Counted from the stretch's first letter, positions 25,671 to 38,370 are shown. The stretch is 64,000 nucleotides of DNA from Malacoraja senta (GCA_038087875.1 CM075978.1:162254001-162318000); one strand, 5' to 3'. Notes: generated by a model not told the origin, from the letters alone. Numbers and translations are program-made.

Positions 25671-27813
25671 AGAGTGGGAACTGACAGAACAAACTGGAGA
25701 AGATTATTACTGTGCTGTGGAGTCCTCTCTGGAAAAGTGCGATGTGACATGATTCTCACATGGTGTTGTAAGCAACTCCTTCAATATCATATGGATTTTT
25801 CATATGTTTTGCTGCAATACAACATGTTATTTCTTCAACAGGCTGGCGATAGAGATACCTAGAATATTGTTTAGTACTGCTTGGTGATAAAAAGATACAA
25901 ATCTGTGTCAAACATCCTTTGTTTAGCCTATCTATGCCCCCCCACTTGATTGTGGGGCTGAACAGGAGCAGACGTTACTATTACATTTCCTCTTTTAGCA
26001 CAGAAACATGCTTACAGCTTCGCAGCCACCCCAGTTGATGGGAAGCTGAACCTGGGCCCTCTGTTTTGTCTGTCACATTTACCTTCGGCAACTCGGACAC
26101 TGGGGGAGTTTCTTTTCAATGTGCTCCGAATGTTAATGTTTCACGAGAAGAAGTAGCTTCATCGCAATGTCAGGCAGTTCCTCTGTCAGACGCAATTACA
26201 GGAGAACTTGGGCTTGCATTCTGTGGGAGTGAACTCTATTCCACAGCGGGAAAACATAAAGCTCATAATCCACTTGATTAAATTAGCATTAATGATTTAA
26301 GAGTTATCTGGTCTTCCTCACATGGGAAGTCGGCCCTGTGCTTCGAGTTCCCCCTTACCATCCTTTGTGTCTCTGGAGATGCTGCATTTTAGTTACTATC
26401 ATTTATCCTGCTGTACGTTTCCTAAACTAATGTTGGCATATTTTGGATCATTCGGTCCGTCAGAATCAGATTTGTTCAACCATGAGTGATTGTACGACTG
26501 TCGCAGAAAACACGTAACTAGTGCAACAGAACATTGTAAATGCATCTCTGCTTAAACATGGAGCTCCCCAGTTTATATTTGCTGTTATATTGTTGTAGTG
26601 TTAAGCAACATTTTCTGCTCATTGGCTGTGAATGGGCAGATCCTAGCACATTTCTCAGACCTTTATTATATCAGGTGCAAAAGCGTTGCAAGTTCATGGT
26701 GTAATTATCCAAGTAACTAAGCAACCAAGAAAGCCCTGTTATGAAATCAGCTCAGTAACTATGATACAGGCCTTAATTTAGAAGAGTCTGATACATTTCC
26801 GCTCTTCCACTGGCAGCCCACCTATAGATTAGCCAAAAGAATGGACAAATACCAGACATCTCCATAGCTTTCAGCAACCACACCATGTCACTCTACAGAG
26901 ATAAACACAGACATTAAAATCCACGTCTACATAAAGCAGAACACTGAGGGGCTGATAACTGAGTTGAAAATAAAAATAAGGTTTGTGTCATCAATATATT
27001 TCAGAAGTATTCATGAATTTTAAGTAGTGATTCTTACAAAACAACAATACGAATATCAATACTGTATCCTTAATGAGAGCCATTACTTGATCCTCCGTCT
27101 TCTCTATAAACTAGGTTTTGCAAAAATTAATGAGGACGTTTATTTTAACATCGGCTATAAATACACATTTCTGCTGTTATACAACATTTTATGATTCTGC
27201 TCAAAGTACCTCTCTGACTTACACTTTTATACTTGTATTCCTTCATCATTAGGACTTGGCAAAGAGAAAACTTTCGTGGGTATTTGCCGATCCCACAAAA
27301 TTAACACCAAAGAGCAACAAAGGAAGACTTTAATAAACAAAAACTTTGCTCCGTACACCAGATTACTGACTATTCAACTCAGCCCAACATGCAGGAGCCA
27401 TTGTACAAAGTAAACAATGGCAATTATCATCTGTATTGAATTTAGTGTATTGTCACGTTTACCGAGGTACAGTGAAAAGCGTTTTTTGTTGCGTGCTATC
27501 CAGTCAGCAGAATATACATGATTATCATCAGTAAACATCCAAATATATAAATATTAAAAAATCTATTTACACCAATGTAGGATTGGTATAAATAGATGCC
27601 TGATGCTGGCGTGGGCTTGGTGGGCTGAAAGGCCTGTGTCTGTGCTGCATCTCTCTACGGCTCTATCCCTCTAATGTCCTGGGATTTACAAGATCGATCA
27701 AAACAACAACATAAACAAATTCATTTATAATACGTATGGTACTCAATTCTTATTAGTAGTGGTTTTATCAAGATCCCTTGAATTCATATAGTGTCTATAT
27801 ATAGATATAGCAC

Positions 27814-28128
27814 TGGCACGGTGGCGCAGCAGTAGAGTTGCTGCCTTACAGCGCTTGCAGCACCAGAGACCCGTGTTCGATCTCGACTACAGGTGCTGTC
27901 TGTACGGAGTTTGTACCTTCTCCCCCTGACCGCTTGGGTTTTCTCCGAGATCTTCAGTTTCCTCCCACACTCCAAAGACGTACAGGTATGTAGGTTAATT
28001 GGCTTGGTATAAGTGTAAATTGTCCCTAGTGAGCGTAGGATAGTGTTAATGTGCGGGGATCGCTGGTCGGTGCGGACTCAGTGTGCCAAAGGGCCTGTTT
28101 CCGCGTCGTATCTCTAAAACTAAAAACT
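27814..28128 (+). mobile_element. HE1/V-SINE, full length
   Basis: ggcacggtggcgcagcagtagag A box, gttcgatc B box, gggcctgtttccgcg 3' end, (CTAAAA)n tail. Confidence 0.92.
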
Positions 28129-28249
28129 ATAGAGTGCGCCATCTCAATTCTCCACTGGAATCCACCTCTTTTTCTATGTTTAGACCAAGGGTGTGGTGTG
28201 TTGTGGACCTGAACTTTCCTTACAACATCTCGACTTGACTTCACCATTG

Positions 28250-29450
28250 AAAATCACCTTTCATCACTTTGCTGAAAATTGAAAGTAGACCTATGGGGCG
28301 GTGTTTGTCTGGTTTGGGTTTGTCCTGATATTTATGGGCAGGATGCACCAGGGCAATTTTCCACATTGTCAGCAGGGTAAAATGTTTCAGCTGCAATAAA
28401 ATTGCCTTAAGGAGGTGGAACCATTTCTGGTGTATCTGTCTGCGTCATCACAGTGAGATTTTGTTAGGATCCAGTCGTGTTTCTCAGTATCCTGTAATGT
28501 GAATCAAATTGGTTGGTATTGGATTTCTCTAATGGTGAGGAATTAAACAATGATAGGGATGAATAATATATTTGGTACTCCGAGATGAAAGTTATTGCAA
28601 ATTCTTTGGCTTTGTCTTTTGCATTGGTGGTTGACTACTTCCATTGTTGAGAATTGATATGTTCATGTCATTTTTTGTAAGTTAGTTTTATGTTAATTTA
28701 GAGACACAGTGTGGAAACAGGCTCTCCGGTCTACTGAGTCCTTGCCGACCAACAATTACCCGTACACTAGGGACAATTTCACAAAGCCAATGAACCTACA
28801 AACCTTCACGTCTCTAGAATGTTGGAGGAAACCGGAGCACCCGGAGAAAACCTGCAATGTCACTGGGAAAACTTGCAAACTACGTACAGATAGCATCTGT
28901 AGTAAGGATCGAACCCGGGTCTCTGGCACTGTAAGGCAGCATCTCTACCATTTCTAATACTCCAGGAGCTGCGCCACCATGCTGCCCCTAATTGTCTACC
29001 TCTATATATGGCTGATTAGGCGGGAGTACATTTCTGTGATATAATACATTGTTCTTCAATTATTTTTTTCTTCTGCAACGTACTGCTTCTGATGTTTAGC
29101 ATTCGTATCTTGTAGCTTAAGCAGGTTGCCATTTTCTAACTCTTGCTCTAGGGGTGCGCTTCAGGGAAATGGAGAAGAAATGGTCACTGATTGTGGTGGA
29201 GTACAACTCAACTGCTGCTGAAGGTCCAAATCATCTCACATCCAGATGTAAGCTGTTAGAATTGTTCTGAAGCGATCTTGTGTATCATAGATGTAATGCT
29301 ACACATGCTATTGAGGGTATCCTTAATCAGAAGATGTAACCTTATCCCCACTATGATTCTGCAAAGGTCACTCCTACCAACACTTCCACGCTCAGCGGCA
29401 TCAGTGGCAGGTAGGTTAGAAATTGGTATTGAAGTAAACCTTTTCAATTT
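28250..29450 (-). mobile_element. Ancient, highly decayed CR1-like LINE segment hosting the HE1 copy at 28682
   Basis: agtagac..atggggcgg...gatttgtcctg-like and ggcaattttccacattgtc motifs recognised by eye; no clean ORF. Confidence 0.45.
28682..28988 (-). mobile_element. HE1/V-SINE
   Basis: tttagagacacagtgtggaaacagg tail through gatcgaacccggg and gcgccaccatgctgccc head. Confidence 0.9.
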
Positions 29451-29451
29451 C

Positions 29452-29935
29452 AGTTGTTAAACACTTTAATTCTCCTTCATAATTTCACACACTGACCTTT
29501 CTGTCCTAGGTCTCCTCCATTGTCAGAGTGAGGCTAAATGCAAATTGGAGGAACAGCATCTCATATTTTGCTTGGGCAGCTTACAGCCCAGTGGTATGAA
29601 TATTGATTCTCTAACTTCAAGTAACCCTGGAATTCCCTCTCTCTATCCCTCCCCACCCAAGTCGCACCAGGTTCTCATTTTCACCCAACAAACAGCTAAC
29701 AATGGCCTGTTTCCTTTACCATCGTTGCTTTTTTTAATGTCTTTCATTCATTGTTCTTTATCTCTCTGCATCATCGTCTATATCTCTCGTTTCCCTTTCC
29801 CGTGAGAATGAAGAAGGGTCTTGACCCAAAACGTCACCCATTCCTTCTCTCCAGAGAAGCTGCCTGTCCCGCTGAGTTACTCTAGTTTATTGTGTCTATC
29901 TTTGGTTTAAACCAGCATCTGCGGTTCCTTCCTAA
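29452..29935 (+). mobile_element. Penelope-like element 3' portion: GIY-YIG endonuclease C-terminus, 3' region, hammerhead remnant, terminus
   Basis: Encodes HTDLSVLGLLHCQSEAKCKLEEQHLIFCLGSLQPSGMNID, contiguous with tgaagaagggtcttgacccaaaacgtcacc and the family terminus. Confidence 0.85.
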
Positions 29936-30304
29936 ACCTTTTCAAATCATTTACTTCTCCATCCACCTGCAGCAGATCCAGTCTGAAGGTTGTATCCCTC
30001 AAGATGCAGCCAGCTACGGATACAGGCGAGGTGGGGGTGGGGTGGGGGGGTTAATGGGCAGATGGTAGGAACAAAGGTCAGAGATTAAAACAGATGTGTG
30101 AGAGAGAAACAGTTAACATTGTAGGCTAATGACATTCTCATCAGTTTAAAATTAGGTAGTTGTCTTTTTGTTACAGAGGTCTGGTACAACTGATGTTTTT
30201 GCCCTGTCATTTCAATGGACGATCAGCCAGCATTGTTACCTCACATGTAAACCGTACTGAGCAAAAACAACAGTTTACCCTCCTTCAAGAGATTAGTAAA
30301 TGAC

Positions 30305-30955
30305 AGCAAATGGCATGTTGGCCTTCATAGTGAGAGGATTTGAGTACAGGAGCAAGGAGGTCCTACTGCAGTTGTACAGGGCCCTGGTGGGACCACACCT
30401 GGAATATTGTGTGCAGTTTTGGTCTCCTAATTTGAGGAAGGACTATTGAGGGAGTGCAGCATAGGTACACCTGGTTAATTCCCGGGATGGTGGGACTGAC
30501 ATATAATGAAAGAATGGATCGACTGGGCTTCTATTCACTGGAATGTAGGATGAGACGGGATCTTATAGAAACATATAACATTTTTAAGGGACTGGACATG
30601 CTAGATGCAGGAAAAATGTTTCCGATGTTTGGGGACTCCAGACCCAGAGGTCATAGTTTAAGAATAAGGGATAGGCCATTTAGGACTGAGATGAGGAAAA
30701 TTTTTTTCACCCAGAGAGTTGTGAATCTGTGGAATTCTCTGCCACAGAAGGCAGTGCAGGCCAATTTGCTGGATGATTTCAAGAGAGAGTTAGATTTAGC
30801 TCTTATGGCTAACAGAATCAAGCGATATGGGGAGAAAGCAGGAACGGGGTACTGATTTTGGATGATCAGCCATGATCATATTGAATGGCGGTGCTGGCTC
30901 GACGGGCCGAATGGCCTATTCCTGCACATATTTTCTGTGTTTCTATGTTTCTATG
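30305..30955 (+). mobile_element. CR1 LINE 3' fragment, same subfamily as 19262
   Basis: ORF 30454-30855 and upstream RGFEYRSKEVLLQLYRALVGPHLEYCVQFWSP; (CTATGTTT)n tail. Confidence 0.95.
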
Positions 30956-30959
30956 ACAT

Positions 30960-31148
30960 TGGATCTTAATGAAAACATGATTGTTTACTGGTTACTTGTT
31001 ACTCATGATAGCTCTTTTTTTTCTTTCCTCCTAGGATTATTTCATTAACTGATTTTTAATTCTCCAACTGAGGTTGTGGGATTTGAACTCATGGACCATT
31101 GGCTCAGACTCCTGTCTAACTAGACCATTAACGTAACCCTGTGCCACC
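30960..31148 (-). mobile_element. Ancient tRNA-headed SINE-like repeat, split by the 30305 CR1
   Basis: Reverse strand ggtggcacagggttacg...gagttcaaatcccac (A/B-box-like); related decayed copies near 640-790 and 60490-60850. Confidence 0.5.
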
Positions 31149-31199
31149 ATCACTTTATCATTTATGTAACTATTATGTAGCCTTCTTGCTCACAATTGA

Positions 31200-31565
31200 T
31201 TAAGAAAGTGGGGGGCAAATCCCGCTTCACAGATGCAAAAAGACAATCGCACTGCAGTCACAACCAAAGGTGCCGACTCTGTGAAACATTTGTTTGATTT
31301 TTCAGGTAGCTGGGAAACATTGTACAGCACTATTTTAAAGAAAGGCAGGAGAGAATTCACCCTCAGGGACTGGGCAATCAATGGTAAAGCAATCAATTGC
31401 ACTAAAAACAGAATTATCTGATCATTTACACATTGCCATTTTCTGGAAGTTGGTTGTATGTAAGTTAGCTGGCCTGACCCCTACATTAAACATTGAGTAC
31501 TCAATTGGGCCTAAAATGCTTTGACGCGACATGACAGGCACTAGTGAAATTCAGGTTGTCCTTTT
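31200..31565 (+). mobile_element. Ancient DeuSINE (SacSINE1/AmnSINE1-like) copy
   Basis: gcactattttaaagaaaggcagg...cactaaaaacagaattatctgatcattt.cacattgc resembles the Deu domain as recalled; not aligned. Confidence 0.55.
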
Positions 31566-31987
31566 ACCATATAATCAGTCATTTCACAATACTGACCTGC
31601 TCTGTCTGAAACTGGGGAACAGGAGCTTCTTTGGCCTTGCTGGTTTTCTGAAGATTAAAATCTGTAGGGTGAGTGTGCCAATTTGTTGTTTTTCCTTTAT
31701 TTGTATGGATGTGTGGTGTGCATTTTAGTGGAAGAAATCTTAGAAGCCAAATGGGCACTTGAGCAACATGTGTACTCAGCGACAAATCCTATGTTTTAAA
31801 TTTCCATATTCTCCTTGGTAATAAAGAGATGAATTTCTCTATGCAGATGAAATTCCAGCACACTCCCACAACAGTAAAAAGTGTAAGTAGTGCTCAGGTT
31901 GAAGGTAACCAACCACATATTGTATACATTTCAAAATGGTCAAAGGATGAGAAAAAATACTAAAATTCTAAATCATTACAGATACAA

Positions 31988-32158
31988 GGTGGCACAGAGG
32001 TGCAGCGGTAGAGTTGCTGCCTTACAGCGCCAGAGACCCGGGTTCGATCCTGGCTACGGGTGCTTGTTTGTACGGAGTTTGTACGTTCTCCCTGTGACCT
32101 GCATGGGTTTTCTCCGAGACCTTCAGTTTCCTCCCACACAAGAAGTACAGGTTTTTAA
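31988..32158 (+). mobile_element. HE1 SINE 5' half
   Basis: Intact B box GGTTCGATCC at 32041. Confidence 0.88.
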
Positions 32159-32591
32159 ATATTGACAAGATGTTGCAATCTCAGTGGCCTGCATCTACAT
32201 ACAATATGGCCAACACCCATTGTTAGTAAGATTCAAATGTAGTATTATTGCTTGAAATGTTTGCAAGATGAATAGATGTGAACATGCTGAACACACTCTG
32301 CCGCCCATGTCCCTGTTTCTCTACACTTACCTGGATTAGAAGCTGAGGACTGATTTATTGATCTTTTGGACCCCAAAGTTGGCTGTTGAGGATAAGTGAC
32401 GCTAAAGCAGTGTACTTCTGTCCCTCCTCTCCATCAAAAGGCAACGTTCGAGGTGGAGCTTCTACTCTGGTTAAATCTAGGCTATTTTAAAATTAGCATT
32501 AAGCTGTTTGAAGATCAGAGACATTTCAAAATGGTCAAACGATGTGAAAAAATACTAAAACTCAAAATAATTACAGATACATTACAAATAC

Positions 32592-32903
32592 AGGGCGGCA
32601 CAGTGGTGCGGCAGTAGAGTTACTGCCTTACAGCGCCAGAGACCCGGGTTCAATCCTAGCTAAGGGTGCTTGTTTGTACGAAGTTTGTACGTTCTCATGA
32701 CCTGCATGGGTTTTCTCCAAGAAATTTGGTTTCCTCCCTACAAAGATGTACAGTTTTGTAAGGTTTATTGACTTGATATGAAAATGTAAAAATTGTTCCT
32801 CGTGTAGGATAGTGTTAATGTGCAGGGGATGGCTGGTCAGTGTGGACTCGGTGGGACCAAGGGCCTTTTTTCTGTGCTGTATCTCTAAACTAAATTAAAC
32901 TAA
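32592..32903 (+). mobile_element. HE1 SINE, full length
   Basis: gggcggcacagtggtgcggcagtagag head, gggttcaatcc B box, (CTAAA)n tail. Confidence 0.9.
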
Positions 32904-34248
32904 GCTAAAGAATGTAAATAGAACACATGAAAAACACTAACCTGAAGTAAAATAACTTGAATGCTGAGAATCCCAAGAAGATGGACTCCCTTTGGAGCCC
33001 TGCACTGGAGTGCATTGCCAAATGCAATGGCAGCAGTCCATCACCAAGTCCTGAACTTGCAGCGGGATTGGTTTGGAAATGGCTGAACGTTGCCAATTCA
33101 GAACAAAACAACCACTCTCAAGAAGACACGGCTCTTTGAGTTATAAGGTAAAAAGTGCGAAAAATGAGATAGCTCCTCAATGTTTGTGAACTGCAGGCGT
33201 TAAAACATCCCACCTCCATAAATTGCAAACAAAATTCATGGATGATGGCAATATTGTATATTCATTCCACACTTATGTTTCTCAAAGATTCTGCAATGAC
33301 AATTGTCTGACAGCATCTCCACTGGGATTTGAATAGTTTAAAGAAATGTATTATTTTTGTGAAAAGGCAGAAAAGCCTAGTTTCACATTGATTTAAAAAA
33401 ACATGTGGCGTAAAGAGAACACATACTGCATTTGTACTGCAATAAACCTGACTACCGTTCTAGATTCCTTCCCCATCCCAACCAACCACGATAACCGTGA
33501 CTTGTGAGCTGCAGATCAGGCCACTTGTGGCATGCAGTTTGTACTGCAGGGCCCTGCATGTATCCGATTAGCGGCCTCTCATGCTTTGTATGATCCTGTC
33601 ATATATTAATATATCAATCATTGTTGCTTCTGCTCTGTATTGGATACAGTGGCATAAACCTGATGTCTTCTTTTACACATCCATTTGTTTCCTCCAGGAT
33701 TTCTAGATATAGATCTTTTGTCTAAAATTTAAGGGAAAAACCCAGATGACGCAGAGTTATGCCAAAGGGTTCACCCAAAGACCTAATTCCTTTGTCAAAA
33801 TGATTTCCACTTTTCCCTCTGCCAGCATTTTTATTCCCTAATGCTTAACAGCCTGGAGGCAATTTTATTTAAAAGGAAATTAGCCTTTAATGCAAAACAA
33901 TTGCCCTAGTCAAGCTGAAACACAACAGATTAAACGTAATTAGCTAAAACATGAAATCACAATATTAGTAAGAAAAATAATAAGCACACGTGTGAGTGAT
34001 ATTTTATGAATGGCATCTGGATATAGATTAATATTTTGCCTGTGGACTCAAGTCAAAATTCACTGAGGCAAAAGGAGCAATTTTTGAAAGAGGCATATCA
34101 GTAACTTTAGTCACCCTTCAAACACCAATCAATTTCTTTATAGTTTACTTCAAAATACTGTTGGCTAAAGTAATTTTTTAAACAGTGAGATTATTAATAC
34201 ACATTAAAAAAGAGTGATCAGGTATTGATACATTTGCCAAATGTATAT

Positions 34249-34410
34249 GTAGGAAGGAACTGCAGATGTTGCTTTAAACCGATGGACACAAAAATCTGGC
34301 ATTCCTCAGCGGGACCCAGAGTCTGAAGAAGGGTCTCGACCCGAAACATCACCCATTCCTTCTCTCCAGAGATGCTGCCTGTCCCGCTGAGTTACTCCTG
34401 CTTTTTGTGC
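34249..34410. mobile_element. Fold-back Penelope-like end
   Basis: Minus arm aggaaggaactgcagatg...ctcagcgggac joined to a plus arm starting gtctgaagaagggtc. Confidence 0.8.
34320..34355 (+). ncRNA. Minimal type I hammerhead ribozyme motif
   Basis: gt-CTGAAGA(34323)-A-GGGTC tc GACCC-GAAA-C-ATC-ac; core intact, AUC triplet. Confidence 0.65.
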
Positions 34411-37183
34411 CAAATTTATATAACCAAGATTGACTAACTTATTTCAACACTTCTTTAAATTATATTTGACAACTTTCATAGTTATATAGATTGGCACTTA
34501 ATGGAATTATAACCCATTTGCATCATTCATTAGTTTCACTATCATATTTTTTTAAAATTAGTGTTTGACAAAGTAATGAGTCTGCACTCGTTGAATATAG
34601 AATTGGATTGATATTGGTGGGGAAAGCAGTTTTGGATATCGGGACACTGTTCAGCAGGCTTTCACAGCTAAACTTGGGATTACCTTTTGAATCCTGGCAG
34701 TGTGCCCAAATTCTCACTAGAGAACATGCCATTGCAATTCCGCAGATTTGTAATCATGGTACTCCCCGCCAGATACTGCGGACTGTCGTTAATCATGAAC
34801 TACACTAAGTCTGGATATCCTTAAAGCACGCGCAACTGGTAATATTGATACGGCAAAATCTTCACCTTCCCACTCCAGAAGTGGGTGACCGGTCCACAGA
34901 AGTAAATGAAGGTGCTCCATCTCAGCTGGCAAAGACATCTGACTCCATTCAGGCACATTTTGCATATCAGAGAGCAGAGTCAAATTCTGATCCTCTATGT
35001 TTCATGTTTTATGGAGAGTAATATTTGTAACTTAGCATTTTAGAGACAATATGTTGAGCACAAATGCTAAAATAGTTACCATAAAGGTAACATCCTTATG
35101 ATTAGATTTTGCGCTAACCTTTCAAAACTTTATACAAGTAGTTATCAAGCTCCTCAGTTAAATTGCCCTGGGAGCTGAGTGTATATTCCTTCAGATGTCT
35201 AACAAGCATTGAACACGACTGAGGTTTATAGAGACACAGAAATCAATAGCATGGCTTCCACGAGGCATATAGAGAGATTAGACATCCCAGGAAAGCACAG
35301 GCGGATGGATAAGAAAGCCATGACTGAGAATACCCTAACAGGTCTGTAGGTCTGGCCGTGATCCAGCCCAGATAACCTCCACTTGCCCAGTGAACCATAT
35401 ACTGTGGAAACATCAAATTTGGGTTTTTTTAATTCGTTTCTACTCAGTGGCCTAAAGGGGATCAAATTTGACTACGTCTAAATCAGCTGGGACATTTTGT
35501 ATTATAGCAGCCGGATGACTAGAAGTGAAAACGGCTTTTGGCAACAGTCTGACATTTTAACCTGGAGAGTATTAGATTTCTCAAGTATCCACCCTTAACC
35601 TGCTGCCGATTCTCAGACCTCCTTTGTCTGTGACACCATCTGTTCCAGGCTAGGAAATTACTCATTAAATTAATCCATGCTCTCCTCACAATGATAATTT
35701 TGTAAAATTCTGAGAAACACACTATAACTTGTTATTCCACGTAAGTTATGCAAATATTTATCAGTCTGCTCAGCAATTATGTAAACTGAGAGCAAACAGG
35801 TGATTATGAAAATGTGTGTCAAAGCTGCATTCCACTAAAGACGGGCCTATTTACAAAATTACTCAATGCATGAGCTGACTTGTTCCATCCCGTACATATG
35901 CAAACAAATATCGATGTCTAAGACAATACACAATGCATAGTTCAGAATAGACTATTATTTCATACAACAAAAATGAATAAAAACAAAGTTAGGGAGTTTA
36001 TGGTGCATGCAAGACAATTTTTTTTTTTTTAAATTTAAGAAGTTTAAAAAAAAGCAAGAACTTCAGGTTTCATTTCTTTGGCTCAGCAGACGTTACAAAC
36101 ACTGCTCCAAATTCATCCTAAACCAGATATACTTGAAAGCATGATTCCTAGATAGCTACCGGATTGTGTCTCAGTAGCAGAAGGCTTGGCAGAAGTGGAA
36201 CATTGCTTGCTTCTGCCATGACAATAAAGTTCAACGGTTTACAACTCATGTGACTGAAGACATTTCAAAAGATTAACGTTGCATTCCGGTCCATTAAACA
36301 GAATACAGATACAGAACAAAGCACAGATCAATGCAAAGGAAAACAAATGCAAAATATAAATACTATTAACAAATTACAGATAACGCACAAAATACAGATA
36401 TTTTTGTGTAGCAGATCTTTCTCGAAGAAGCTACAATACTGTCCATTACGTGAAGCCTGCAGAAAAGTAGCAGGAGCATTTAGGCGGGTTTGATCCTCAA
36501 TTACCAGGTTAATGAAGAACTATTGCAAAGAAGCCTCTCTCAATCAAAGCCATCAAAAACTTAATTACTGCATCCAAACAATGTTCAATTAGATTCGCAA
36601 AGGCAAATTAAATGATTTACATGTTTATTTGGAAGAATAAAAATCTAAGCATTCTTAAATTGAGAAATTTAGCTACAATTGAAATGTTTCTCTTGCAATT
36701 TAAAGGAGCTGTGCCTTGATGATAACACGTTTCCTGTCCGTTCACAACAACACAACCACGATACGACTTGTGACGGCAGGTCAGTGACCAGGTGCATGAC
36801 TCCACTAGCTCATCTCCAAGCTCCTTTTCACAAATGCCATTTGCAAACAGGATAAGGATGAATTCTTGCAAATGATTCCGCGCTTTTCCAGTCTGACCCA
36901 ACAGCACGCTCAGCACGAGGGCAGTGGACGTGTTTCACAGAGCAAACTTTGCACAGTGTTTTGTATCATTCTTGATAATTTGATGGCAGTCACCAGTGGC
37001 AATAATTGCAGTTCGACCCCATATTAAACCGTAAAGGTTCAAAATATATCTGTGTTGCTTTACAGCTTGCAGTTTGAATCCAGAATAAAAATCTTGAAAA
37101 AGCTGTATTCTTAATTTCTCAGAGGGTGGGCTCTGAATCTCAGCTGTACTTGTGGTCGATGCTTTCTATGCATTTGGTGGGTC

Positions 37184-37220
37184 TCCCCCCCCCCCCCGCC
37201 CCCCCGCCCCCCCCCCCCCC
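37184..37220. repeat. Interrupted poly-C tract (poly-G on minus strand)
   Basis: About 37 nt of C broken by two G; shorter tracts at about 469, 44311, 47108 and 57815. Confidence 0.9.
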
Positions 37221-37589
37221 ATAGTGAAATATCCAACGGAGGGTGCTTTCAGTATTGGGGTCAGAGCTGGAGGCAGGTGTGGAGCTAGAGACACTGTCGG
37301 AGGTTGCATAGCTGTTCAAAGGAGATGAATATGGCAGTTACGTAGAGAAAGAGGTTGAATGGGAAGTTCGGAATGGGTGGTGGACCTACAGCTGAGGAGA
37401 AGAGTGAATGGATTGGAATTGTTGGTTGTGGGAAGTGGTGGTCAGGATCCAAGATACTGAAGTGTAAGGTTGGAGGTGGTGCCCATATGGAGCCTGGAAC
37501 TTGGGCAATCATGAAGTTGAACAGCCTGACTAGGAGGCCTGAGTTATGGGAAGTGGCTGGGGAGGCTAGGACTATATTCCTTACAGTGG

Positions 37590-37946
37590 AGAAGGCGGGG
37601 GTGTTTCCTTATAGAGACATATAAAATCATAAGGAGAATTAGTAGGGTGAATGCAGAGAGTCTTTTATCTCAGGGTAGGGAAATCAAGAACTAGAAGGCA
37701 TAGGTTTAAGGTGAGAGGGGCAAGATTTAATAGGAACCTGGGTAACTTTTTCACTCAAGCGATGGTGGGTATATGAAACGAGCTGCCACAGGAGGTGGTT
37801 TAGGCAGGTACTATAACAGCATTAAAAAAAAACAGTTGAACAGGCTCATGAATAGGAAAGATTTAGAGGGATAGGGGCCATGTTGGTCAATCTGGTGGAT
37901 TTGGGCCAAATGGCCTGTTTCAGTGCTGTATGACTCTATGACTATG
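37590..37946 (+). mobile_element. CR1 LINE 3' fragment
   Basis: cttatagagacatataaaatc...aggcataggtttaaggtgagaggg...ggcctgtttcagtgctgta plus (CTATGA)n tail. Confidence 0.9.
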
Positions 37947-38049
37947 AGGTTTTTTTTAACTTCTGGAGTTCACTTTTATAATTTGCCAGTATGATTGGGT
38001 CAATTGACCACCCATTTCAGAGGCTGTCCAGCTTCTGTCACAGTGAAAA

Positions 38050-38370
38050 TGGAAGAGCTGCATTTATATATTACCCTTCATGAGCCTGGGATGGTGCTTA
38101 GAAAGTATTTTGCAGATCTTAAAGAATCATGCAAGCAAATATGGACACAGCACACTTAGTGTTATCGACTGAGATAAACATGACCCACTCTTCTTCAGAA
38201 TAGCGCGCCTTGGTATCTCTTGTGCCGACGTGAAAGAGCAGGACCTTGATTTAACATCTTATCCAGCGGTATTAGCCTAGAATTTTATACTTTGTCCCTG
38301 GAGTGACACTTTGAACCCTCAACCTCATGATTAAGAGGCGAAAGTTGTTACCAACTGAGTTACAGCTCCA
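38050..38370 (-). mobile_element. Ancient DeuSINE-like copy
   Basis: tgcatttatata...ctcttcttcagaatagcgc...ctggagtg..actttgaaccc.caacct..tga, the reverse of the 31200 family. Confidence 0.55.

Noticed and set aside
27814-27890. tRNA gene
   Set aside because: The A/B boxes are the head of an HE1 SINE and continue into the SINE body; the same applies to the other copies
30454-30855. Functional CR1 ORF2
   Set aside because: 5'-truncated fragment without the endonuclease or RT core; all LINE copies here are non-autonomous remnants
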